From NCBI GenBank assembly GCA_017501245.1, contig JAFVXI010000026.1, positions 30,932 through 94,931 on the forward strand: DNA of 64,000 bases. Direction: 5' to 3'. A model generated the notes under the pieces. That model was not told where the DNA came from. It made no database searches and saw nothing but the letters and a program-made list of their open reading frames with translations. Positions 15,724 through 25,235 of this stretch are shown piece after piece (the stretch's first letter is position 1; each line of letters starts with the position of its first letter). The DNA is from Clostridia bacterium (GTDB lineage: Bacteria > Bacillota > Clostridia > Oscillospirales > CAG-272). Position numbers and translations under genes: made by a program.

Positions 15724-16521
15724 TTACTTTATAAAGCCGTTCAGCTTAAACCATTCTACGGCTCTCGGAGCCCACGACGTCATATACTCCTCGCCGACAA
15801 ACCTCTCGTCGTTAACGACAAGTCCAATGCCGTGTCTGCCTCTGGGGTATATGTGCGTTTCCTGCGAGATGCCAAGCTCTAATAGGCGCATGGAATATTT
15901 CAGAGTGTTTGCCGCATTAACGACCTTATCGCCCTCGCAGTGCCACATGAAGCAGATGGGAGTTTTCTCGTCTGCGATCAAGGCGGGTGCAAACGCAGGC
16001 CATTTTGTCTTATATTCCTCCTCACCGAGCAGGCGGATAAATGAGCCCGGGTGACCCTCGGGATCTAACACGGGGTAGCAGAGAACCTGTGCGTTAGGGG
16101 TAGGATCAACGTCATCGATGGCATCAACGCCTTCGCCCTCGATAGCAGCTCTATACGTAGAAACGAGAGCGGCAAGATGCCCGCCTGCCGATGAGCCCAT
16201 AACGGCGATCTTGTCGGGGTCTACGCCAAACTGCTCGCAGTTCGCTCTGACGTATCTTACGCCTCTTCTCGCATCAAGCAGCTCACAGGGGAAGAGGTCG
16301 GGGTTGGTGCGGTAATGCACGACGAAGCAGTGGAAGCCCTCCTTGCTGAAATACTCAGCATAGCCCTCGCCCTCGTGCTTAGCACGGTGTGAGTAACCGC
16401 CTCCGGCAAATATCACGATCGCCGCCTGTGACGGCTTCTCGGACGGATAATAGGTCATATAGGGGACGTGACCCCCAAGCATAGTTAGCGGAACGCTGTC
16501 CCAAAGCTGAATATCCTTCAT
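15724..16521 (-). CDS. Alpha/beta hydrolase (esterase/lipase-like)
   Basis: GGGYSHRAKHEGEGYA oxyanion-type region and nucleophile elbow GSSAGGH. I prefer the ATG at 16521 (GGAGG 5 nt upstream) over the ORF-track start at 16614. Confidence 0.8.
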   Translation of the reverse strand: MKDIQLWDSVPLTMLGGHVPYMTYYPSEKPSQAAIVIFAGGGYSHRAKHEGEGYAEYFSKEGFHCFVVHYRTNPDLFPCELLDARRGVRYVRANCEQFGVDPDKIAVMGSSAGGHLAALVSTYRAAIEGEGVDAIDDVDPTPNAQVLCYPVLDPEGHPGSFIRLLGEEEYKTKWPAFAPALIADEKTPICFMWHCEGDKVVNAANTLKYSMRLLELGISQETHIYPRGRHGIGLVVNDERFVGEEYMTSWAPRAVEWFKLNGFIK

Positions 16522-16564
16522 AAGAACCTCCATAAAGTGTAAATTATTGATATAAGAAAGTGTC

Positions 16565-17368
16565 TTAGCCTGCATCCGGTCGCTCATCCTCGACGTCCCC
16601 GTCGGGAGTCTCACTCAAGTCCCGTATAGACCTTCCTCCACGGAAGAGTAACGTATGAGTCAGGATCCACAAGAGAAGAACGAAAACAAAATCCCAGACG
16701 ATGGAGAGTATAACGTCGCCTCCAAGCGACGAGCCCTTGTCGATAATGGTAAAGACCGTATTTACGATGACGGTGACGAGCTGCTTAAGTATCGATCCCG
16801 TAGCCAGAAGTGCGATAGCCGCAGAAAAGGCGTTTCCAACGTCGAATCTCGGAGCCTCACTTGCGGCATCCTTAAGCTGATCGGCAACGCTCACTCCCGT
16901 TTTCTTGTACCTCACGAATGCAGGCAAACAAGCTAGTGCTGAAACGAACAATACTTCAAAAATGTAAACTATTATTATGAAAAGTGATAAAGGAAGCAGC
17001 AAAAGCAGGGCTTCCACGGTGTCGTATCCGGTCGAAATGAATGACATATAATAGTGGGGCACCAGATATACGAGCCTCGAAAACGAGAGGACGGAGGAGG
17101 TTATCAGTGCGTCCTTGACGCCGCCGCTCGCCAGGGCGTTTACCGTCCTTAACGCAAGATAGCCAAGTGCGATGACGTCTACGGCTACGACGGCCATATT
17201 GGCAAAAAGACCGATACCCGAGAGAGCTTGTGCATCAAGCTTGACAGCACCCGAAAAAACAGCGTCTCTCAGTAGGTAGACGAGATGCTCGATGCCATAC
17301 TGAACGGCAAATAATATGAGGAAGAAGGCTATGCCTCCCAGCACTTTTTTTATCTTTTCCTTAAGCAT
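16565..17368 (-). CDS. Multi-pass membrane protein, unknown function
   Basis: 267 aa with about 6 hydrophobic segments. AAGGAG SD 8 nt upstream of the ATG. Confidence 0.65.
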   Translation of the reverse strand: MLKEKIKKVLGGIAFFLILFAVQYGIEHLVYLLRDAVFSGAVKLDAQALSGIGLFANMAVVAVDVIALGYLALRTVNALASGGVKDALITSSVLSFSRLVYLVPHYYMSFISTGYDTVEALLLLLPLSLFIIIVYIFEVLFVSALACLPAFVRYKKTGVSVADQLKDAASEAPRFDVGNAFSAAIALLATGSILKQLVTVIVNTVFTIIDKGSSLGGDVILSIVWDFVFVLLLWILTHTLLFRGGRSIRDLSETPDGDVEDERPDAG

Positions 17369-17398
17369 CGCAAAAACTCCTTAGCTAATAACAAGGTC

Positions 17399-17427
17399 AT
17401 TTTAGCATAAAGGAGACCTCAAATCAA
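17399..17427 (-). promoter_or_regulatory. SigA-type promoter of the membrane protein gene
   Basis: On the minus strand: TTGATT(17427-17422), 17 nt, TAAAAT(17404-17399) with TGc extended -10. Confidence 0.55.
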
Positions 17428-17510
17428 GAGGTCGGAGCAAATTTTCACCTCTTCGGACCTTATCGGCAAAGAAACGGAGGATATAATTGAAACTTTTTGC
17501 AAATTACCTC

Positions 17511-17539
17511 TTGACAATTAACGCATCGTGTGCTAATAT
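17511..17539 (+). promoter_or_regulatory. SigA-type promoter of rpsB-tsf
   Basis: TTGACA(17511-17516), 17 nt, TAATAT(17534-17539), followed by a structured leader of about 115 nt. Confidence 0.65.
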
Positions 17540-17661
17540 AATATATGCGTGTTTTATGCGCAATAAAAATACACACGCAGCGAGTGTGTGAGTCGCCGGT
17601 GCTCGGAATCGGGTCGCGCCTCTGTGTCGCTGCGGTGGAAAAAACCAAGGAGGAACATAAA

Positions 17662-18393
17662 ATGTTCGAAATTACTATCAAGCAGCTGCTTGAAGCGGGC
17701 GTTCACTTCGGTCACCCCACCAAGAAGTGGAACCCCAAGATGGCTGAGTACATCTTTACTCAGAGAAACGGTATTCACATCGTAGACCTTCAGAAGACCG
17801 TTAAGAAGTTCGAGGAGGCTTACAACTTTGTTGCCGAGCTTGCTCAGGAGGGCGGCACCGTTCTCTTCATCGGTACTAAGAAGCAGGCAGCCGAGACCGT
17901 TAAGGAAGAGGCTGGCAGATGCGGCATGTACTACACCAACGTTCGTTGGCCCGGCGGTATGCTCACCAACTTCCAGACTATCCGTAAGTCCATCAAGCGC
18001 CTTAAGGATCTTGAGAAGATGCAGGCAGACGGAACCTTCGATCTTCTTCCCAAGAAGGAAGTAGCTAAGAAGCTTAAGGAGATCGAGGATCTTGAGAAGT
18101 CCTACGGCGGTATCAAGGATATGGACACCCTTCCTTCCTGCGTATTTGTTGTAGACACCCGCAAGGAGAGAAACGCTGTTCTCGAGGCTAAGAAGCTTGG
18201 CATTCCCGTAGTTGCAATCGTTGACACTAACTGTGATCCCGACGATGCTGACTACATCATCCCCGGTAACGATGACGCTATCCGCGCTATCAAGCTTATC
18301 GCCGGCGCTCTTGCTGATGCTGTTATCGCAGCTCGCGGCGGTGCTGACGAGGTTGCTGTTGAGGCAGAGGCTGACGAGACCGTTTCCGAGTAA
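17662..18393 (+). CDS. rpsB: 30S ribosomal protein S2
   Basis: [27 protein letters not shown]... AGGAGG SD 6-7 nt upstream of the ATG at 17662. The ORF-track start at 17545 is an upstream in-frame extension. Confidence 0.95.
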   Translation: MFEITIKQLLEAGVHFGHPTKKWNPKMAEYIFTQRNGIHIVDLQKTVKKFEEAYNFVAELAQEGGTVLFIGTKKQAAETVKEEAGRCGMYYTNVRWPGGMLTNFQTIRKSIKRLKDLEKMQADGTFDLLPKKEVAKKLKEIEDLEKSYGGIKDMDTLPSCVFVVDTRKERNAVLEAKKLGIPVVAIVDTNCDPDDADYIIPGNDDAIRAIKLIAGALADAVIAARGGADEVAVEAEADETVSE

Positions 18394-18429
18394 TTTAACC
18401 CTTCGATTAAAATTTAAGGAGATATTAAA

Positions 18430-19350
18430 ATGGCTGAGATTAGTGCAAAGGCCGTTGCCGAGCTCAGAAAGCAGACCGGCTGCGGCATGATGGACTGCAA
18501 GAATGCTCTTAAGGACGCTAACGGCGATTTCGAGGCAGCTGTAAAGCTTCTTCGTGAGAAGGGCATGGCTGCAACCGCAAAGAAGGCTGACAGAATTGCA
18601 GCTGAGGGACTCGTTGATATCATGACTATCGGCGACGTTACCGCTATGGTTGAGGTTAACTCCGAGACCGACTTCGTTGCTAAGAATGCGATCTTCCAGG
18701 AGTTCGTTAAGAACGTTCTTAAGACCGTTATCGTAAACAAGCCCGCTGATGTTGAGGCTCTTCTTGCTTGCAAGATGGCTGACGGCGAGGGCACCGTTGC
18801 AGAGGCTCTCACCGAGCATACCTACAAGATCGGCGAGAAGCTTTCTATCCGTCGCTTCGTTATCGTTGACGGCGTTGTTTCCACCTACATCCACGGTCTT
18901 GGTAACACCGGTGTTATCATCAACTTCGAGACCGACGTTGCAGAGAAGGACGGCTTTGCAGAGTGCGCAAAGAACATCGCTCTTCAGGTAGCTGCTATGT
19001 CCGTTGCTTACCTTGACAAGGAGTCCGTTCCCGCATCCGTTCTCGCTGAGGAGAAGAGCATCCTCATCAAGCAGATGCAGCAGGATCCCAAGATGGCAAA
19101 CAAGCCCGAGCAGGTTCTCGCTAAGATCGTTGAGGGCAAGCTTGGTAAGTTCTATGAGAACAACTGCCTTCTTGAGCAGGCTTACGTTAAGGACGATTCT
19201 CTTTCCGTTGCTAAGTACGTTGCAGGCGTTGCAAAGGAGCTTGGCGGCTCTATCAAGGTTATCGGCTTTGTTCGTTACGACAAGGGCGAGGGTATTGAGA
19301 AGAGAGAGGACGATCTCGCAGCTGAGGTTGCTAAGATGGTTCAGGGCTGA
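18430..19350 (+). CDS. tsf: Translation elongation factor Ts
   Basis: MAEISAKAVAELRKQTGCGMMDCKNALKDANGDFEAAVKLLREKG (UBA-like N-terminus) and a typical EF-Ts core. Confidence 0.95.
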   Translation: MAEISAKAVAELRKQTGCGMMDCKNALKDANGDFEAAVKLLREKGMAATAKKADRIAAEGLVDIMTIGDVTAMVEVNSETDFVAKNAIFQEFVKNVLKTVIVNKPADVEALLACKMADGEGTVAEALTEHTYKIGEKLSIRRFVIVDGVVSTYIHGLGNTGVIINFETDVAEKDGFAECAKNIALQVAAMSVAYLDKESVPASVLAEEKSILIKQMQQDPKMANKPEQVLAKIVEGKLGKFYENNCLLEQAYVKDDSLSVAKYVAGVAKELGGSIKVIGFVRYDKGEGIEKREDDLAAEVAKMVQG

Positions 19351-19366
19351 TAGCCCCTTGATAAAA

Positions 19367-19395
19367 GGAGCAGGACTCGTTCCTGCTCCTTTTTC
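19367..19395 (+). terminator. Rho-independent terminator after tsf
   Basis: GGAGCAGGA(19367-19375), loop CTCGT, TCCTGCTCC(19381-19389), then TTTTTC. Confidence 0.85.
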
Positions 19396-19495
19396 TATGC
19401 CCTGAAGCCTCGTCTTTTGCGCCTTTTTGTGTATTTTACATAAAATATATAGTTTATTTTGTACTTGCTCATAGCCTTTTATTTAAATAAACGCC

Positions 19496-19524
19496 TTGAC
19501 AACCTAAACCGTGGATGTTATACT
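19496..19524 (+). promoter_or_regulatory. SigA-type promoter of the LRR lipoprotein gene
   Basis: TTGACA(19496-19501), 17 nt, TATACT(19519-19524) with TGt extended -10. Confidence 0.6.
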
Positions 19525-19590
19525 ATTTTATGTAATAGTATATTATGCGCGAGCGTTATCATTACCAACACTCAAGAAAGGTAAGTTATT

Positions 19591-21327
19591 ATGAGAAAGA
19601 TTTTTGTTTTACTCATCTCTGTGATGCTGGTGCTTGTATGTGCAGTTTCCTTCAGCGCGTGCAGCATTGCTGATCTTGCGGGCGTCGTTGACCTCGTTAT
19701 CGGTGCATCTCAGGATAAAGCAACAAATGATGGAGATGGCGACGTTGTATTTGACACCACGTCGGATAGCGAGTACGGTGAGGGAGTATCCATCCCCGTT
19801 ATTGAGGCGCCCGATCCCAATCCCGCTACCGAGGGCGTGATTTTCGCTCTCAATAATGACGGAACGGCGTATAAGGTGCTTGGCTACGCTCCTTATTACG
19901 TTTCCTCGAAGCTTGAGGTGGTTCCCGTTGACGTTTACGTTCCTTATTCCTATCGCGGTCTGCCCGTCGTTGAGGTAGCTCACGATGCGTTCGGTGATAA
20001 GGATATCAAGTCCGTCACCCTTCCTTGGACCCTTCTCAAGATCGGCGAGACTGCGTTCAGAGATTGCTCTGTCCAGACCATAAATATGCCTGCTTCCGTA
20101 GTAGAGATCGCTGCTGATGCCTTTATGGGCGCATCTAAGCTCTCTGCCATCAACCTTGAGGGCGAGGGCAAGTATTCCGTTGTTGGAAACGCCCTTGTAG
20201 AGGACGGCGTTAAGATCGTCCGCGGTCTTGGTGACGTAGTTATCGGTGAAGAGATCAGCGAGATCGGCGCATATGCGTTCGACGGATGCTCGGCTCTTAC
20301 CTCTATCGAGGTTCCCGCTACTGTGACAGCTATCGGCCAGAGAGCGTTCACAAACTGTAAGGCTCTTACCTCCGTTGTTATCAACGCAGAGATCCCCGCA
20401 CTTGCTAATAATCTCTTTGACGGCTGCTCTGCACTTGAGTCGGTTTCCTATCCCGAGTCGGTTACCGAGATTGGCTTTGCGGCATTCCGCAGCACCGGCC
20501 TCAAGAGCTACGTCATTCCCGCTTCTATCACCGATATAGGCGCCTCCGCATTCGAGGGCTGCCACCTCCTTTCCACCGTTGAGTTCGCAGGAAACAACGT
20601 TAAGGAGATCGGCGGTAGCGCGTTTGAGAGCTGTATTCGCCTTAAGAGCGTTGTCATCCCCGAGGGCGTTACGCTCATCGGTGGCAGAGCGTTTGCTGAG
20701 TGCGCATCTCTTTCCTATCTTAAGCTTCCCGAAACCGTTCAGACGCTCGGTGGCGCCCTTCTCGCAAGATGCGTCAAGCTCAGATATCTGTTTGTGCCCA
20801 AGAGCGTTGTCAACGTTGGCGGCTATGTTGCATACGGCTGCGGCGAGGATCTTATGCTCTTCACCGATCTTGGCTATGAGGGCACCGGCTGGTCAGGTAA
20901 CTGGAGGGTCAGATACGTTTCAAACGGACTTATGAGCGGAAATCCTCCCGCTGAGTCCTTCTACCTCAGCATCAAGTTTGGCATTCAGTTCCTTAAGCCC
21001 GATGCAGACGGTAGCTGCGGTTCGATTACCACCCCTGCTATGAACAGCTCTCAGAGCGCAGGCTATATTTATAACGCCTTTGCAGCTGAGACTCTGACCA
21101 TCACCTCCGACAAGGAGAATCAGAAATTCGAAATCTCGGTTTACGGCGAGGACGCAAGCGTAACCAGCTATACCCTTTCCGGCGCAGGCGAGCTTCAGCC
21201 CATCTCCCTTGGGGCGGGTGATCTCGTTTACGTTAAGGTCTCGGTCAACAACCTTCAGCTTGACCTCGCAGGCAAGGAGATCAAGGAGCCCGCTTCCTTC
21301 TCCGCTGTTATCGCAGCAGCTGAATAA
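19591..21327 (+). CDS. BspA-type leucine-rich repeat (LRR_5-like) surface lipoprotein
   Basis: Lipobox VSFSAC. Repeated about 23-aa units of the form xIxxIGxxAFxxCxxLxSVxIP. C-terminal non-repeat domain. Confidence 0.8.
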   Translation: MRKIFVLLISVMLVLVCAVSFSACSIADLAGVVDLVIGASQDKATNDGDGDVVFDTTSDSEYGEGVSIPVIEAPDPNPATEGVIFALNNDGTAYKVLGYAPYYVSSKLEVVPVDVYVPYSYRGLPVVEVAHDAFGDKDIKSVTLPWTLLKIGETAFRDCSVQTINMPASVVEIAADAFMGASKLSAINLEGEGKYSVVGNALVEDGVKIVRGLGDVVIGEEISEIGAYAFDGCSALTSIEVPATVTAIGQRAFTNCKALTSVVINAEIPALANNLFDGCSALESVSYPESVTEIGFAAFRSTGLKSYVIPASITDIGASAFEGCHLLSTVEFAGNNVKEIGGSAFESCIRLKSVVIPEGVTLIGGRAFAECASLSYLKLPETVQTLGGALLARCVKLRYLFVPKSVVNVGGYVAYGCGEDLMLFTDLGYEGTGWSGNWRVRYVSNGLMSGNPPAESFYLSIKFGIQFLKPDADGSCGSITTPAMNSSQSAGYIYNAFAAETLTITSDKENQKFEISVYGEDASVTSYTLSGAGELQPISLGAGDLVYVKVSVNNLQLDLAGKEIKEPASFSAVIAAAE

Positions 21328-21343
21328 TTTATTTGATCTACTC

Positions 21344-21382
21344 AGAGATCGACAGGCTTTTTCCTGTCGATCTCTTTTTTTG
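21344..21382 (+). terminator. Rho-independent terminator
   Basis: AGAGATCGACAGG(21344-21356), loop CTTTTT, CCTGTCGATCTCT(21363-21375), then T7. Confidence 0.85.
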
Positions 21383-21462
21383 CTTCTTCTTTTCCCTTGC
21401 TCGTCATATCCTTTATTATATATATTAACGCCGTATATCTGCGGCAACGGTCAGGTGATGGT

Positions 21463-23046
21463 ATGACGAGAAGAAATCGCTTTATCTATAATGGAATCGT
21501 AATGAGCACCGTAGGAATACTCTTAAGAGGCATAACTCTTGCCTTTGGCGTGTATCTGTCGCACAGGATCGGGGCGGAGGGTGTCGGCTTAAACACGCTT
21601 ATCATGAGCGTCTACGGCTTTGCTCTCACCTTCGCAACCTCGGGCATATCACTTACGGTAACAAAGCTTGTTGCTTCTCACATAGGCGAGGGCAGGGAAG
21701 AGGAGATCCGCAAGACGCTATCGGGTGCGGCACTCTATTCGCTGGCGTTTTCCTTGGCAGCCACGCTCGTTCTGGCGGGCTTCTCAGGCTTTTTTGCGAC
21801 CGTATGCATCAAGGACGCAAGAGCAATAATGCCCTTGCAGATATTGTCTCTTTCGCTTATTCCATCGGCAGTCATCGGTATAATAAACGGATATTTCGTC
21901 GCCATAAGAAGGATAGGGTTCAGCTCGGCTGTTTCGCTCTTCGGTCAGCTGATGAGAATAGCCTTGACCGTGCTGATCCTTATGGGGGCCGAGAGCGGTG
22001 ACGTGGAGGGCTCGGTCTTTGCCCTTTGCATCAGTGCAACGCTGTCGGAGCTATCTGCGATGCTCCTCGGGCTCGTCCTCTTCCTTATTAATATTGCCGG
22101 AGCAGGCGGAAGGCTCAAGGGCAAAAGGGGAGCTAACGTCAAGGCCGTGGCGGAAATGGCGCTCCCCCTATCTGCATCAGCATACATAAGGTCGGGTCTT
22201 CTTTCCGTCGAGCATAATATCATACCCGAGCGGCTGAGAAAAGGAGGGCAGAGCCCGTCGCAGGCTCTGTCCTCCTTCGGAACTATGCACGGCATGGCGC
22301 TGCCGATGATAACCTATCCAATGACCCCCCTCACCTCATTTGGCTCGCTGCTTTTGCCCGAGTTCGCTGAAGCGGAGGCAAATAAAAACAGTGCAAGGCT
22401 TTCTCGTATAGCAAGAGAGGCGATATCGGCGACGCTATCCTATTCCGTGCTTTGCGCTACGCTGATGTATATCTTCTCGGAGGACCTCGGCTATGCGTTT
22501 TATAACTCCTATCGCGTAGGCTATTTTATATCCATACTTGCGCCGATAATACCGATAATGTATGCCGATCACGTCGTGGACTCCATGCTTAAGGGGATCG
22601 GAGAGCAGGTCTATTCCATGTGGGTAAACATCATAGACTCAGCGCTCTCCGTCGCTCTCGTATGGCTGCTGATCCCGGTTATGGGCATCGAGGGCTATGC
22701 AGTGGTCATTATCGTAATGGAGCTTTTCAACTTCTTTTTATCGCTCCATCGCCTTTTGCACCGCATAGTGCTTAAGCTTGATCCGATCAGGTCCTTACTG
22801 ATTCCTCTTTTATGCGCAGGCATTTCCGCTATGGCGGTGAGTCACCTGTTTGCCTCAGGGTCAACTCTGCCCGTATGGTGCCTGGTTTTAAAACTAATAT
22901 TTACATTATGCATGTATTTTGCTCTATATATCCCCGCATCGTGCTTATATTCAAAGCTCGCCTCAAGAGGTCATAAATGCGGCAACCATCATAGCGCAAT
23001 AACCGAAGATCAAAAGAAAGGCGCTTCGTCTCGGACCCGCCAGTGA
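21463..23046 (+). CDS. MOP-superfamily flippase (SpoVB / polysaccharide biosynthesis protein-like)
   Basis: About 14 hydrophobic segments. The N-terminus RNRFIYNGIVMSTVGILLRGITLAFGVYLSHRIGAEGVGL is typical of SpoVB-like proteins. I prefer the ATG at 21463. Confidence 0.75.
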   Translation: MTRRNRFIYNGIVMSTVGILLRGITLAFGVYLSHRIGAEGVGLNTLIMSVYGFALTFATSGISLTVTKLVASHIGEGREEEIRKTLSGAALYSLAFSLAATLVLAGFSGFFATVCIKDARAIMPLQILSLSLIPSAVIGIINGYFVAIRRIGFSSAVSLFGQLMRIALTVLILMGAESGDVEGSVFALCISATLSELSAMLLGLVLFLINIAGAGGRLKGKRGANVKAVAEMALPLSASAYIRSGLLSVEHNIIPERLRKGGQSPSQALSSFGTMHGMALPMITYPMTPLTSFGSLLLPEFAEAEANKNSARLSRIAREAISATLSYSVLCATLMYIFSEDLGYAFYNSYRVGYFISILAPIIPIMYADHVVDSMLKGIGEQVYSMWVNIIDSALSVALVWLLIPVMGIEGYAVVIIVMELFNFFLSLHRLLHRIVLKLDPIRSLLIPLLCAGISAMAVSHLFASGSTLPVWCLVLKLIFTLCMYFALYIPASCLYSKLASRGHKCGNHHSAITEDQKKGASSRTRQ

Positions 23047-23682
23047 GCATTCGGGTATCATCTCCGAGGAGATTACGTAAAGCATCGTTCCACCGGCAAA
23101 CGCAAGGACGAAGGGCAAGAGGGGGGCGGCTACACCGCCTGCGGCATAGCCGACAAATGTGCCTAAGACCTCGGCGACGCCCCCTGCGAGGGTCAGTATT
23201 ATCGCCTTCGCCGGCTTGACACCCGAGCTCACCATAGGGAAAACGGTTATCATCCCCTCCGGCACGTTGTGTATGGCTATCCCGATGGCAACCAGCAGAC
23301 CTCCGTGCGTATCACCCGTGCCAAACCCTATTCCCGCTGCGATCCCCTCGGGCAGATTGTGTATAGCCATCGCTATCGCAAAGAGAATGGCTGATCGAAG
23401 CCCCTTTCCGCCATTATCGGTTGGTAAAAGCCGCTCCGTCAAATATAAAAATGCGGCACCCGAAAACATGCCGACAATTCCGAGAAAGCAGCTAAAGCCG
23501 TCAGCGTCGTCGAATGCGGGAGCTATAAGACTGCTGACAGCGGCAGCAAGCATAACCCCGGCGGCAAAGGAGCATATAGCTTCGCTATGCCGCCGTGCCC
23601 CGGAGCGAAAAAGATAGCCGAGGATGGCGCCAAGCACCGTCGCACCTCCTACGCCGGCGGCACAAATTATTAAAGTTTGCAT
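22963..23682 (-). CDS. ZIP-family (ZupT-like) divalent metal transporter
   Basis: AIHNLPEGIAAG and AIHNVPEGM signatures. I prefer the ATG at 23682 (AAGGAAG SD). The 3' end overlaps the convergent flippase ORF by 84 nt. Confidence 0.8.
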   Translation of the reverse strand: MQTLIICAAGVGGATVLGAILGYLFRSGARRHSEAICSFAAGVMLAAAVSSLIAPAFDDADGFSCFLGIVGMFSGAAFLYLTERLLPTDNGGKGLRSAILFAIAMAIHNLPEGIAAGIGFGTGDTHGGLLVAIGIAIHNVPEGMITVFPMVSSGVKPAKAIILTLAGGVAEVLGTFVGYAAGGVAAPLLPFVLAFAGGTMLYVISSEMIPECSLAGPRRSAFLLIFGYCAMMVAAFMTS

Positions 23683-23700
23683 ATTTCTTCCTTTAAACGA

Positions 23701-23745
23701 TAAAAAAAGGACTGCCGTGAGCATTGCTCTTTTGACAGTCCTTTT
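23701..23745 (-). terminator. Rho-independent terminator after the CNNM gene
   Basis: On the minus strand: AAGGACTG ... CAGTCCTT (8 bp, branched loop containing GAGCA/TGCTC) followed by T7. The ZIP SD follows within about 10 nt. Confidence 0.6.
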
Positions 23746-23760
23746 CTTTTTTTAATTCTA

Positions 23761-25056
23761 TTATTCTTCTGTTTCGGCAGCGTCGTCGTCAGCCTCGTCA
23801 TCCTCGCTCACGCGCGTGTCAAGGATATGAAGATTCTCGATCCTTCTGCCCTCCATTTTAAGAACCTTAACGGTGAGACCGAGAGCCTCAAAGCTATCTC
23901 CCTCCTCAGCGATCTTGCCGAGGATGTCCATAGCCCATCCGTTAACGGTCATAGCATCGGACTCCTCCTCGCCCTCAGGCAGCTCGATATCCAATTCGTC
24001 AAACAGCTTGTCGATATTAGCCTTGCCCGACACTATGTATTCCTTTTCCGAGATCTGCTTGATCTCCTCGACGATCTCGTCATGCTCATCCCAGATCTCG
24101 CCGACGATCTCTTCGATTATATCCTCGAGAGTCACGATGCCGGCAGTGGATCCGTATTCGTCCGAAACGACGGCAAGATGCAGCTGCTTTTCCTGTAGAT
24201 CCTTAAGCAGATCGTTTATCTTCTGCGTCTTCGTGACGAAGATAATGGGCTTAACGATCTCGGATATAGGCGTATCCGTGTGATAGCATTCGGTGAAGAA
24301 GTCCTTATAATATACTATGCCGGTGATGTTATCCAGGTCACTCTCGTAGATCGGAATTCTCGAGTAGCCCGATTCGGCGTAAACCTTCGCAAGCTCCTCC
24401 TTCGAAACGTCGCTTCTCACGGCAGTGATATCAATTCTGGGGGTCAGGATCTCGCTGACCTCCATATCGTTGAACTCAATGGCACTCTTGATCAGCGTAC
24501 CCTCCTCCTCGTCAAGGCCTCCGTCCTCCTCAGCCTCCTCGATGATGGAGATGAGCTCCTCCTCGGTCATGCCCTTGTCGTCGTCATTCTTAAAGATCTT
24601 GGAAAGGAACTTCTGAAGACCTCTGAAGATGATGCTGATGGGCCAGAGCACGATGCGCAGCAAATTGATCAACGGAGCGGAGAACATTGAGAACTTCTCG
24701 GGGAACTGCTTTGCCAGCGTCTTAGGTACGATCTCGCCGAAGGTAAGCACGATAAGCGTCATAACGACGGTCGAGAGCGTTGTGGAGAGTCCCTCGTTTC
24801 CTACGATCCACATAGCGAATAAGAGTGTCGCAAGTGAGGATGCAAGTATATTTACGATGTTGTTTCCAATGAGAATGGTTGAGATAAGGGTGTCGTAATT
24901 CTCAGAGAGCTTAAGCACCAGCTCGGCGCGCTTGTTTCCCTTTTCTGCGATATTTTTCATCCTGATCCTGTTGAAGGTAGAGAATGCAGTCTCGGTAGCC
25001 GAGAAATATGCAGACATGACCACACAGCAGAGTACGATGACTAACATTATTTCCAT
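23761..25056 (-). CDS. CNNM/CorB-family transporter (DUF21 TM domain + CBS pair + CorC_HlyC), hemolysin-family annotation type
   Basis: 431 aa. N-terminal DUF21 pattern (SAYFSATETAFSTFNRIRM...GNNIVNI...GEIVPK), a CBS pair region, and C-terminal CorC_HlyC (TVNGWAMD...G...V.V..M.GRRI). Confidence 0.85.
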   Translation of the reverse strand: MEIMLVIVLCCVVMSAYFSATETAFSTFNRIRMKNIAEKGNKRAELVLKLSENYDTLISTILIGNNIVNILASSLATLLFAMWIVGNEGLSTTLSTVVMTLIVLTFGEIVPKTLAKQFPEKFSMFSAPLINLLRIVLWPISIIFRGLQKFLSKIFKNDDDKGMTEEELISIIEEAEEDGGLDEEEGTLIKSAIEFNDMEVSEILTPRIDITAVRSDVSKEELAKVYAESGYSRIPIYESDLDNITGIVYYKDFFTECYHTDTPISEIVKPIIFVTKTQKINDLLKDLQEKQLHLAVVSDEYGSTAGIVTLEDIIEEIVGEIWDEHDEIVEEIKQISEKEYIVSGKANIDKLFDELDIELPEGEEESDAMTVNGWAMDILGKIAEEGDSFEALGLTVKVLKMEGRRIENLHILDTRVSEDDEADDDAAETEE

Positions 25057-25183
25057 TTTCGTTCGATTTTTCTTGTTTTTCCCGCTTTCTCGGGAAATTT
25101 AAAGCCTTTCTTGTTTATAAATATTCCGTGCAAAATCACGGTGGATAACGGTGCGGGGAGTGGGGAAGGGAAATTAAGACAAG

Positions 25184-25230
25184 CAAAAAAAGGCATAGCC
25201 ATACCCCCGTCCGAGAGTGCGGCTGTGCCT
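25184..25230 (-). terminator. Intrinsic terminator (attenuator) inside the CNNM leader, 6 nt after the small ORF stop
   Basis: On the minus strand: AGGCACAGCC(25230-25221), 20-nt loop, GGCTATGCCT(25200-25191), then T run to 25184. There are 9 Watson-Crick pairs plus one C.A mismatch. The loop is larger than in ideal terminators. Confidence 0.55.
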
Positions 25231-25235
25231 GTATA

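Noticed and set aside
17545-17661. The N-terminal extension of the rpsB ORF. Similar upstream in-frame extensions occur at 16522..16614, 21397..21462, 23683..23724, 25501..25527, 29175..29198, 38209..38223 and 60496..60510.
   Set aside because: Internal starts with proper SD spacing give canonical N-termini. The extensions lack ribosome-binding sites.
17554-18894. A 446-aa ORF on the minus strand spanning rpsB, the intergenic gap and tsf. Similar long antisense ORFs occur at 261..1439, 19609..20565, 27800..29047, 36758..37927, 48445..50229, 53038..53964 and 62893..63765.
   Set aside because: Each lies exactly antisense to a confidently identified gene. Their compositions are low-complexity and L/V/S/G/N-rich, with no start signals. 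They are best explained as shadow ORFs created by the strong codon bias of the sense genes, which leaves few stop-complementary codons.
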